A stretch of 54,106 nt of DNA, filler included, from Sphacelaria rigidula (taxonomy: Eukaryota): assembly GCA_964200075.2 (NCBI GenBank). It is 4 parts of 4 records of this genome, joined end to end, with 100 filler letters (N's around TTAATTAATTAA, not from the genome) between each part and the next. Parts side by side here need not be neighbours in the genome. Positions count along the whole stretch, not along the records: positions 27,105 to 40,555 come from CAXNAA020002878.1; positions 40,656 to 54,106 come from CAXNAA020002879.1; 2 more parts are not named here. The stretch is one strand, 5' to 3'. Both the position numbers and the translations under genes were made by a program. Under the pieces are notes generated by a model that was given only the letters and a program-made list of their open reading frames with translations, was not told where the DNA came from and did not search any database. Shown here in pieces: positions 34,271-46,000 of the stretch (the first letter of the stretch is position 1; each line of letters opens with the position of its first letter).

Positions 34271-37200
34271 TCAACCGATAGGGCAACGGAGTGTAGCAGG
34301 GCCCGCACGCTCTCGTGCCTGCTCTGGGGGCTGGGCGGTTGGAGTAGTCCCCAACAAATAGTCCCGCGGTGGACATTCCCCGCGACAAAAAATATATTCC
34401 GTCCATTGGTGCAGGAAACAGGTGCAACATTTCGGAGCTCGTGTCGACCATACGGCTTACTTGATCCTTCGTGTCACGAGACATAAGAAGCATGCAACGC
34501 ACCTCCATGAATCGTGTCCTGCTCGTGGACGCCGCTGCTCTGCATGGCCGTAGAAAGAAGGCGCTCAACGTGCCCATGCCACCGCCACCGCCACCGCCAC
34601 CACCAACGCTGCGAGCTCTACCGCACTGATGAATGATAAAAAGCACCCACGACAGCAAACCAGATCGGCACGACCAGTTGGCAAAGGGGGCCGAACAAGC
34701 CGTACTTGACGAGGGGGGTCGAAAATGCCTGTCGAAAGCGGCAACTGATTGGACTCAGGTACAAGCAGTAGTAGCTCCGGTGGTGTTGAGAGGTTCAAAT
34801 CGAACCAGCAAGATGGAGACACCCCCTCTTGCGCTTGTCCAGCTCCAAGCTAATTTCGGCCGATTCTCCGCGTTTTTGATGCGATATTCTAGATTTCCAC
34901 CCGACTAATATGCCCTCCTCGCCCAAACGTCGAAGAAAATCAAACCTCTACTTGTACTAGACCTGGATCCTTACCCTTCGGGTGCTGATGCCTCATCAAG
35001 TTATCACTACTCTACTGGAGAGGATGCGGAGATCGAGTCAGTAGAAGAGGCTCTCGTGGCCTGCGTTTGCACTCCTATTCGCACCCAGATGAGGTGCCAC
35101 AAACGCAGTGACTTCGCCCCCCCCACGTCCCTCCTCCCCTAACCCCCCGGTCTATTCCTTTTGAAAAACGAGAACTGTTTTCGCGAGGGGACACGCGTGG
35201 CCCTCACCGACAGGTGTACCGGGCACCAGCGCCCCGGCGGCAACCGAATCCTTCTCTGCACACAAAGTACAACCCAAATTTTGAACGATAGAAGAAGAGT
35301 GCAACGATCCTGGTATTCAGGACGCACTATTATTGCCAGCTTGCATTGCACTACTCACTGTACCGTGCTGTCGCTTGGGCGGTATCGACCCTCCAGCGCA
35401 TGAAAGTAGACAGGACGACAAATGAGAGCTTATGCGATGGCCCTGCATTTTGAGCTATACGCGCAGAAGACCACCGAGTACAGGATATAGATACAGTCGT
35501 GGCGGGGGTACAGCACAACAGTACAGTACAGTGAAGACAACACCAATCATCCCCGTTGATGTATACATATGTGAGGTACAGAATCACACAAAACAGGTCT
35601 ACTGTTGCACATCACATCCCATTGTTTTACTGACGGTACCTTGGTTTGTATTGGCCGCCTTCGAATGTCACTAGTGACCAAATTGTCCGACGTGTTGCTG
35701 GACGTAGAGTTGGTGCTTGCTGTTGATGATGAGCCGCTATCAATAACGCGCACAGCACTCGCCATTTGATTTCCCTTGCCCAAAAGGAGAGTCAGATTTC
35801 TCCCGGTCGATCCCGCTGCACTCCCGGTTTCCCCTTGTGGTTTGGGTAGGTGGCGGGGCCCTACACCTAAAGTACAAGTACGCTATGCGCTCGGTTGTGG
35901 CTGGTCTGTAAGTCTCACGTCTGCTGGCATTTGGCAGTTCACTGTTGCAGACCGTCTTCGGTTTTCAGATCTTTTTGGCTAAATTGAAGTCCCCAAACAC
36001 AACGAATTTATTGCTTTTCTTCCGCGTTTTGTAGGCTTCGTTCTGTCCCCTCGCATCAGGATTTTTTGTTTGAACTTTCGAACTTTATTTTCGTATCAAA
36101 CCCCATGGTCCGCCTTTTTTGCAACATTCATTCAACCCTGTAACATAACATTGCATGAATAACACGAGTATGATTGCCTCGATTGTGGACGGGTAAAATA
36201 CCTTTATGTTGTGAGCGTCATCTTTATTTTCACACCAACTATATCTTGTCATTGACCCCAATTTTATCCAAAGTTATTCGCTAATAATTTTTATTTCATT
36301 GGCGGTGCTGCTGCTGCTCGTTGTTGTCGCATCGCTCATCATGCTTATTCCTCCACAAGGATGATTATTATGGCTGTTGGTTGTCGCTGCTGGTATTATT
36401 CCCTTTTTTGTAAAAAAAAATGCTGTTGTTTCAGACAGCTACTGCTGGAGGCAATTCCTTTTTCCATTATTATTACTCTTAATACAGGGATCTCTCTCCC
36501 TCGTTTCTCCGCTTCTTCAGTTAGTTAGATTGTCGCGCAGAAACATCAATCACTTCATTTTGTTTTCCTCCCTTGCTCGATTATTTCTTCGGATGAATGG
36601 ACGATTTCCACGAAGTAGTGCTGGAAGTGAGGTTTCATGAGTAATTTGTCACCCCCCCCCGCTGCCAAAGAAAAAAGACTCCTGGACTAATCGCGTTTAC
36701 GCAGTAGAAGCGCGATCCATTTTGAAAACCGCTCGGGCAAAATATCCGTTGTCCCTGATTGGCGTACCACCAGGCATCTACATACGACGTGATACGTACA
36801 TGTAGGTACCCCCCAACCCCCCCGGTCCCCGTGGAGTGGAGTACTTGACTTCAATGCTACAATAATGGGCGGGTACAGGAACAAGAATTTTTGGCAGTAC
36901 CACAAGTGTATCGTTTTAGCGAAGCAAAAAACAAAGAAAAACAAAACAGACAGAAGTAAGGGAAACCAAAAACAAACAATAAAGAGATACTTTCCAATGA
37001 TATGTATGTTATATCCTCTTCATTATTCGTTGTCGCGCAGGGATGTCGATCGATTACTTTGTTATTTTGTATAGTGGTCGCAATAAATGAAATTAATTGC
37101 CCATGATTACCGATTAATTCATGCTGATCAGATGGGCAGCACGTGAAAAATGAGTACACACAACATTCAGAACCACTGTCATCTTTTTTTTGAACGGCAC

Positions 37201-37894
37201 GGTAACTGGCGCAGGCACCGTGCTCGTCCTTCGAGCATTTTTGTTTTCTCCTAGAGGTTCAGAATGGAGAAGAGGTGATGATGAAAAAAGGTGGCGAAGG
37301 TAGGCTGAAGAAAGCATGCAGGATGTTCCTCTTCAGCAGCTTTCTACTATAATCATCATTCAGATCATATAATCAGGCGCTACATGAAAAGATATGCACA
37401 GTGTCATGTTGCTCGTCTTCAGCGTCTAGTCCATTCGTTGATGTAATAATAGTACACGCCTTCGAAGAAAATACAACAGTCATTGCGAACGACATTCGAA
37501 GCTTAGCTCGTGGTTCTCACGACAAGACGCCTATACGGCTGCATCTGTCCGCTTGTACATGGAGAAACACAGGTCCGATAGCTGAGGAACCAAGTATTCG
37601 TCACCGTTCTTCTACGCAGCCAGCCGAGCGGAAACTACGACCAACTACCCAATGAAGTTGCGGATTCACTTTTCCTCCATCTCAAACCAACAAGAGAAGG
37701 ATGGTATTATAGCAGTAGATCGTATAGTTTCTCGACACCCCGGAGCAACTCTAACTCTTCCACCTCATAATTTGAATCAAGATATCAGGAACAAGGTCTG
37801 CTGCACGAGAAAAGTAGGTTTCACGGTGGGTTCTTCTTCCATGCCACTTTTACCCCGACGACAGCAAGACCGCCACTCATGCACCCTATGCCCC

Positions 37895-37942
37895 AAGACT
37901 TGGTAAGCTGCTTCAGTAAGACTTGGTAAGCTGCTCCAGTAA
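37895..37942. repeat. 23-bp tandem duplication
   Basis: aagacttggtaagctgct(t/c)cagt occurs twice. Confidence 0.9.
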
Positions 37943-40555
37943 ATGCGTCGGTACATTACGCAAGAGAGGTAGACGCCTCCTGCTCATCGCATTTTTCGGG
38001 GGGTGTTATCATGTATGGGCTGAGGATGCGGACATATGGCCCAGCGGCATCATAATGAGAACACGAAACAAATCGCCACCGATGCGGGTCGATTGGATCT
38101 TAACCCAAATCCATATCCCAATAGGATAAGGCCTAACAGCACAGGGTCGCGCTAGCGCAAAGCTGCAGACCTCGCTCTCTCGAGCCTGCCTTCATCATGC
38201 ATGTACCCTTCATCACCTGCGCAATTCAACAATCTTACGCCAAGTGAGAACACCACATCGCGCGTCAGCGTGTGTGAACTGCTCAAACGACAGATCCAAG
38301 TCAAGCCCGTAACATGAAGAAACAAAACAATAAGAAGCGTGTGAGCCACGAGAAAAAAAGAGCTCTTGTTTCAAGTTGAGGGGAGATAGGGCTGCCACAT
38401 ACAGACAACAGATCGACCACAATAAAGAACGCCAGCATCTCCACCCCACGTTTCCAACAAAAATCAAAGATATGGACGAGTGTCTCCACTTTCGACTATC
38501 GATTCCCTCCCGTCTATAAATACAAGAGAGTACCATGACAAAGTACCGAGTACAAACAACAAGCGACGACATCTGGACAATAAACAAAGAAAAGACACAC
38601 ATCAACAAATCGTCCAACTGCCGTACAGCCAGCCACCAACCAACCTTCGCGTCACCCCTTCCACAACCATGATCTCCCTATTCATCCTGGACACTGCAAA
38701 AAGAAAGAAAAATGAACGCAGATCACGCACCATCGACCAGGACACTCGGAACACAAAACATATCACAAAGGCAATAATGAGGTCTTCAAAGTCCCTGAGT
38801 TGAGTACAAATCGAGTAATACGGCCCAAATACAGACTATGCACAACACCAAAGAAAAAGGCTCACGAGAGAATCAACAAAAACAAAAGCGGACTCTAAAA
38901 ACTGAGCTACCGATGTTCTCCCCTCCTCTGAGGACACGGGTGGGGGGGGGCGGGGCAGGGGAGGGATAGAAAAGGGGGATGCCCCCCGCAATATTCCCCC
39001 AAATAGATGTGAGGAGAGAGGACGGATGTTGACAGTGACGAAAAAAATGGGGGAACACACGAAAATAAAACTAGAGAAAACAGGAAAACAACGAAGAAAC
39101 ATCACCAGCAATTCAAAACAGCACACCAAAAGGGCGAAAAAAAAAGAGTGACAAGCAAAGCGTGCTCGGCGTCGGCAGTTCGAACCAACTCCGTTGAATG
39201 CACCCGGTTGCATGCACCCGGTTCCTTTTTCCACAACGAATCACAAAACATCGACATAGCCATCCTCTAGAAGTACGTCCGGCTATGCTCGGAGGATGGG
39301 TGGAACCACAATAAACAAAAAAAGATACAGTGTCACTGATTCGTGCCCTCACACACACAAGCACAGATACACCGTACGTAGTGGAGTATGACACCACTGA
39401 AGATGAAAAAACGACCTAAAAACAAGGATGCGCACTCTCGTAAGATTGCGTCCGCCAAAGGATCTCGATGGCATCCTTTCATCCAGACAAAAATCAGCAC
39501 CTTGGCCACCACAGGACACAAGAAAAACTGGCGTTATGAAAGCATCTCATCCCTCGGCGGGGTCATTTTCCAGAACGTACGGCATCCGACGCACGAGCCA
39601 ACCCTCCCCCCCCTTCCCCTCCGCTCTACCCCGATTCAAAACGATTGAAAATTCTGCAATTACAGCAGTCAACCCCATCCCCGCTTCAACACAATGTGAG
39701 GATGGTTGTAAAAACAAACCCCGAGGCAGGCACGCGACTTTCTTCCAAAATGCCATATAACCAAATCGCCTATGCTTGCTTGGACCATGGTGCTGCACCA
39801 TCCATACATGAACGAACACACAAGCACGAACATGCACACGAAACCACGCCATGAAACATCAACGCTGCAACGATACACGTCGCCAACTCACAGCTGGCGT
39901 GCAACACATGTTCACCCCTGACGGACGTGATCTAGGAAGCCAGGGCCCGTGCAAAGGAACCAACACATCACACTCTCCGTTGCTGTTCTAGTGTTGAGGT
40001 GACACGCAAGATGCACACACAGACCCACGCATGTCACCCGCTTCTTTTTTTATACAAAACAGAGAACCCCCTGCCCATCTCCCTCCACCCCCAGTCCCTC
40101 TCTCCGCCGCTGCACCTATCGAGAGCACCTATCCAAAGCAAAACACATTCACACATAACATCGTCTTCTCTCGCCCAAGACAGGGTCTTCCATGCCAACC
40201 ATCTGACAACCCACGGTTGTCGCTGCTGCTGCCACTGCTATCACTACTGCTCTTGGGTAGCAAGCACCAACGCCTTTCCCAAGAAACAAACTCAATTCGC
40301 CACCCCGCCGCCGCCTCGCCGGCCCCCACCCCCCCCGCTATCTCTCGCCACTCCCCACGGCGCACTTAACCTAGAGCCTCCTTTGTTCACGAGGGCCAGG
40401 TAGTAATCTCGATTCTCCACGTTAAGCTCCTTCTCCACCACCATTGTCTCTAGGGTGACGGAAAAGCGCACCTTTTTTACGGAAGGGGGGGGGGGGGGGG
40501 GGGGGGGGGCTCGGTTAGGGGGGGAGTAAAGAAGATGAAAAATAGGGGGGTTGTG

Positions 40556-40655
40556 NNNNNNNNNNNNNNNNNNNNNNNNNNNNNNNNNNNNNNNNNNNNT
40601 TAATTAATTAANNNNNNNNNNNNNNNNNNNNNNNNNNNNNNNNNNNNNNNNNNNN
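40556..40655. other. Artificial contig-join spacer
   Basis: N44-TTAATTAATTAA-N44. Confidence 0.98.
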
Positions 40656-41224
40656 GATCTGACTCGAAATTTCGAGCAACAAATGGCCCAAAATACCCCC
40701 CCTCTATCGTAGGTTGACTTTGATCAAAACGCTGGAGTACACAGCTGGCAGCCAGGAATACAAATCGGTAAAAGAAAGAAACGAAATAGCCGAAGAGGAA
40801 GTTCCTTAGTCAGACGTCAATGTCATAAAGAGTAAGCGGCTGTATAATGCAATGACACAGCTTGCAACCCAAGGCACAAGCTTGGCAGGCAAGTGTACAA
40901 CCGTCAGATTGTTACAACTTGCAGATGCCGTATAACCTGCTCAATATACATATGTTAGCCGAGGTTCACGCAAATAGGTTCTTGACTTCTCTCTTAATTA
41001 CCTTGATTCTAACTCCGATACCACTCAATCAATCCAACCCAGACCGGCCAATATCTCTCACCGATGGTTAGACTTCTTTTTGCTGGCTAGCAGATGGGAG
41101 CAGTTGATAGTGCTTGATGGGGGGGGGCTTTGATCGTGAAGCACGATCAAAGACAAAGTCATTCCTGTAATTATACAGGTTCACATTCGTATCCGACCAA
41201 CTCTGAACAGACCTGTAGTCTCCG

Positions 41225-41271
41225 GAACAAAGCACGCCATGGCTAGAACAAAAAGCACGCCATGGCTAGAA
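41225..41271. repeat. Short tandem duplication
   Basis: aaagcacgccatggctagaa occurs twice. Confidence 0.9.
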
Positions 41272-41970
41272 TCGACAACGGGTCTGAAGCGGCATCAACA
41301 GACTAATATGCGTCTTCATGACATGTACCGATCGGCACACAGTCATTAGAGTTATGCAGTTCATGACGCACGGGTCTATGCGCGCTGTAGCCGCTGCGAG
41401 GCACTAAACCTTTGCTCACATGTTGCGTGAACCACAGTCAACAGTTTCTCGCCGCTATACCTGGCATTGTGCGCTGCAGGGGTGCGCACTTGAGGGAAAT
41501 GTGGTCAGGTTCTGTTCCGAAAAAACCGTTTGTTTTTGTTTTGGCGCAACGCTGAACGTTTCACGCCAAAAGTTAACCCTTTTGGAACCGTTGATGGAAA
41601 ATTGATGATTTGCATATGACGTTTTTCCGGGCAAAAAATGGTTGTTTTTCTACAGCCTTTGAGCAAACGATCCGCCCAAAGCGTGTTTTTCAGACCCGTG
41701 CGAATGGAACGTGGAAGAAAAGAAGGTTCGAAGGTCCTCTATTCTACGGGTATGAGAAATGTTTCGACCCGTCGGTGTTTTGTAACCCCGGCCAGAGTGC
41801 ACGGCTGACTCTCGGGGGAGCAATCTTCACGCCGCACCTGCAGTAGATGCTTTGCACTGCATCATAGCAAGCTCGCGCCTAAGTTGAAATAGGAAAGGCG
41901 AAACCGACGGCACATTTACCTCACTTATGCTCTCGTCTACTGTCTCTATTCGCAGATAGTCACGGTCAGG

Positions 41971-42482
41971 TGTTAGTGTGTTCTAGAGTATACACCTCTA
42001 TGTGCACGCGGTCAAGCCTGACAATCCCTGGCAGGATCAGTCCTCTCGGATTCAGGTTATGATTGTGTCCGAAATAGTTCACACTTTAATAGCTTCACGC
42101 AGTAAGCTATATCCACCTCATACAAAAGACTCTTGTTCACTCGTATTCGTTATCGCTCCGTTCAATGCCCTCTAACGTTGCTCTCCGGCTATAGCTATTG
42201 CTTAGCTCTCAGCTCTACTTTATCGAGTAACCGGGAGGGCTCAGGAAAAACCATGCCTGTACCTTTTATCAGTCTCACATCCGGCCTAGTCAAGCTTGAT
42301 CAGGCCCGCAACTATAAAATCCCAGATTTGATCGTAAACGCCTCCTAGCTTCATGATACTAGCCATCCAGACGAGCCTCTATTACAGCTGCGATGAGAAA
42401 TCTCGAAAAGTAACGAAAATCGAGTTTTTTCTCCAATTCAAGTCATGAGCGACAAGGAAGGCGAACTCAATATATTCTGACA
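41971..42482 (-). repeat. Candidate 3' LTR of element B (512 bp)
   Basis: Minus strand reads TGTCAGAA...CACTAACA, with TATA-like GATAAAAG (~42265) and ATTAAA (~42088) in LTR order; no second copy available and no adjacent PPT. Confidence 0.5.
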
Positions 42483-43099
42483 GCACTCGGCCGTAGTGGA
42501 TGAAAAAGAAGGTACACCCCAGACCACGAGGGCAAAATCCACCCCGTTGCCCAATCCTCCCACACCTCAAGCAATGTAAGTACAATCTGCTACCGAAAAG
42601 GGCAAGTGCGCTTGACGACGCAGGAGCACACAATGCTGCTGCGGGCTAGCGAACTCAATAGACAAACACAAAAATGCTTCGACGTGCTAGCCAAAATAAA
42701 GAGGCAAAAGGAAAATCACACCAGGGGCACAACGTCTACGTGGGTGGTACCAAAGTCAACCGCCGAAAGGTCAATCACATGCGGCGAGCGCATGGTGGCT
42801 AAGGAAAGCAAAGGAACCAGCAACTCCAAGACTGCAAAGGGTTCGGTGCCAGTCATACAAGTCAAGAGCGAGAATATGAAAAGCTCCAGTAGCCGAGGAT
42901 GAAGGGGCTCCAAGCAAGTTCCATTCGTGGTCCGTGGTTGTGCGCCGAAGGAGCTCCGGTTGTAGGCTGTTGAAGAAGTCGGTGGGTTGCACTGGTGTGT
43001 CCTGAATGATGGGAGCAAGGGGAAATATCTAAACGACAGGGAAAGGAAACAAAAGAGAAAGGAAATAATGGCGTGGATCGAAAGCAAGAGCTCTGTGGT

Positions 43100-46000
43100 A
43101 GCTTGAAGCGGTGCGTTAACATCATGTGTGCGATCGATGTAATTTTGAATTCCGCGGCGGGGGTCTTTGGACTTGAGTCGCTGAAGACACCAAGACTCTC
43201 GTGGTGCGGATGGACTGGTGGTATAAAGCTCTGGGCGGAGCTTAAGCTGCACGGATCCGGGGTCATCCATGGAGCGCACGATGTATATTTCAGGCGCGGT
43301 TAGGTCTGTGGAGTGGGTCTGGCCCAGCCACCAGAGGTTGTCGCTGCCCTTGTACCAGAGGTAGGTCAGGTGCCTTTGGGGAGGACTTCCTATTTCGCGC
43401 GGATCTTTTCTTGCCAATGCTTGGTGGCTACCAATTCATAGCCATCGGCGACAAAGCGCAAACCTTTCTCACGGTCAAGTTCGCGTGTTGCCGCGCCGCG
43501 GCGCATGTTGCGATATTTCTTGTTGTTAGCAAGATGTTGCTGTTCAGGTTGTGTCCAGTACGGGAGAATAGCTCGACGATGCAGCTAAGGGTCGGATTCG
43601 CGTTCCCAAGACGCTCTCCGAAGACCTTGCCAGTGAGTTTTGTACATGACAGCAATCTTACCGCCTCGACCGCGAGTGATCTGGTGGCCAGAAATGTGGG
43701 ATACGGCGAGACGAAGGGGTTGTTCCGTCACATCATCGGTAGTAACGTGATAGGGTGCGGTGACTTGGTCGAATAGCTGTTAAGAACGTATTGCGTAAGA
43801 CCGGCAGGCAAATATTTGGGCATCTCTCTCGTGTCATGCGGGTTGATGCAAGGTTTACAACGGTGTACAGAGACGCGAGATTTGGCATCATGTCCCTGAA
43901 ATCGCGAGGGAGATCGAGATAAAGAAGTTTGTCACCAATAGGTATGCCATCAGGTGATGATGGCGAGGGCCCTCCGGTCAGAATCTTGAATGCTCCTGTC
44001 CAGTTGAGGGATAGCTTAGTCTTCAAGACTGTTTCGTTGGCGGCCCTGTCGGCGCCTTGTCGGATGGTTGACAAACTGCTGTAAACCAAGACCCAATCGC
44101 CAACCTTCCAAGTAGGTCGTGTGTGCATTAGATTGTAGAAAGCATTATTAGGTCTCTCAAGGTGCGAGGCGTTGATGGCGTGTTGTTCACGCACGAGAGT
44201 GAAAGCTTTGCGCTGGCGTGCACGCGCCCGGTCATGGTAGGATATATTATCCTGATCCAAGCCTTGGTGGCCATCGAAGGTGTGTTTCTCAACGCGGTGA
44301 TGGGCAGACGGGGGAAGCGGCGGAGATGTAACTCGTTCGGAGAAAGACTGGCAGCAGCGTTGACCGAGTTGTTCTAAGACAGCATGAAATGTGTGAGATG
44401 GAGATCCCAATCGTTTTGTCGATCGTTGACTACCATAGACAGCATCCGGGCTATGGTGCGGTTAGCTCTTTCAGTACCACCATTACAATTAGGGTGATAA
44501 GCGCTCGTGGCTATCTTTCGAATGCCCAGGAGCGTATACAGTTCGTCCGAGAGATCGGAGCAAAATTGCTGACGATTGTCGGAGAGAAGCCGTTTCGGGC
44601 AACCATAGTGCTTGCTATAGTCGGGAACTACGATGTTAGCGCTGCCTGCCGCTGTGAAGTCTCCAGCAGTGACGGCGTACATGGACACATGACGGCTGAA
44701 TCGGTCGGTAAAGAGCAAGATGTAGGTGTTGCCACGGTCGGTGGGCGGTAACGGACCGAAATAGTCGAAAGAAACGAGGTGACTAGGAGCGTTGGGAAGT
44801 GCCATCGAAATGACCCGCCAACGCATTGTCTGCCGTGAGGTTTTGTGAGCTTGACACTTGAAGCATCGCCGAACCCAGAAGCGGATGGACACTTCCATAC
44901 CGATTCACCAGTAGAAACGTCCGAGTAACGCTAATGTGCGCGTGACACCAAGGTGGCAAGACAGGTCAGTGTGGTAGTCTTTCATTACCCACGGTCGCAT
45001 CAAAAATGGGATATATATCCGAGTGGGTTCATCGTCGAGTAGGCGTGCATGACGTCCAGTGGGCACGGGTTAAGTTACACCCCGCTGGGGCGTAGGGCGG
45101 CGGACAAGCAGTTCCATTTCGTCATCAGTTGTGAAGATAGTACCTTTACGTGCGATTTCGTACACCTCAGCGGCGTTTGGTGGTGGCAGTGTATCAACCG
45201 GGGCCAATAAATTGGCCGGGATAGGGGCAGGGCAGCAGCACGGGGGTACCGCATGGTTGCGCGACATAATGGTTCTGCTCGTTGTTCACGAGCCCAATCA
45301 CGATGGGAGTAACTGGCGAGAAATTCGCGCAGCTGGCCTTACGCCGGAAAGCCGACCAGACATGGTGGCTCGTGAAGCGGTGGAATAGGCGACGGGGGGG
45401 GGGTGCCAACGTCGATGTCTACATCGGGAGCATCAGAAGGGGTGGGCACTGACGGTGCCGCGGCGGACGGTGTTGTCGCAGTAGTGCGCACCGGAGATCG
45501 CGCTCGGCGCGTGTTGTGAGAACTGCGCGTGGCGGGGGTTGTCAAGGCTCGTGGTGCGCTGTTGCGGGGAGCTGGTGCTACGCTGCTCGTGGGAGCAGTA
45601 GGTGTTGGTGGCGGCAGGGCGCGGGGAATAGTAGCGCGGACGGTAGACCGAGAGCGTGTACTGTCGGATATGAGGTGGACAACTGGAGGTGGCAAAACTG
45701 CAATATTTGCGCGAGGACCGATAGTACGCAAATCCGCGAAATCGGCGTCGGTGGGTTATAGCTCATCCAAGACTGCATCATACGGTAGGGAGCGAGCGCC
45801 GCCCATGTGCATACCCGTCTTTGAGCAATGAAAGTCAAGGGCGTAAATGGGCGTTGGGAAACGCCGAATAGGGTACACGCCGGGTGTGTAGGATTCAGTT
45901 AGTCGGCAAGCGAGGCTGAAATCAACAGCCGTTGGAGGGAGGGGCAAGCGGGAGAGAAGGTCAGCATTTTCGTTGGTTTTGCCAGGGCGGTGTTTGACGG

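Noticed and set aside
36900-40400. Possible third retroelement 5' region or gag on the minus strand
   Set aside because: Strand-biased composition resembles 53.2-54.1 kb, but no alignable sequence or protein motif was found.
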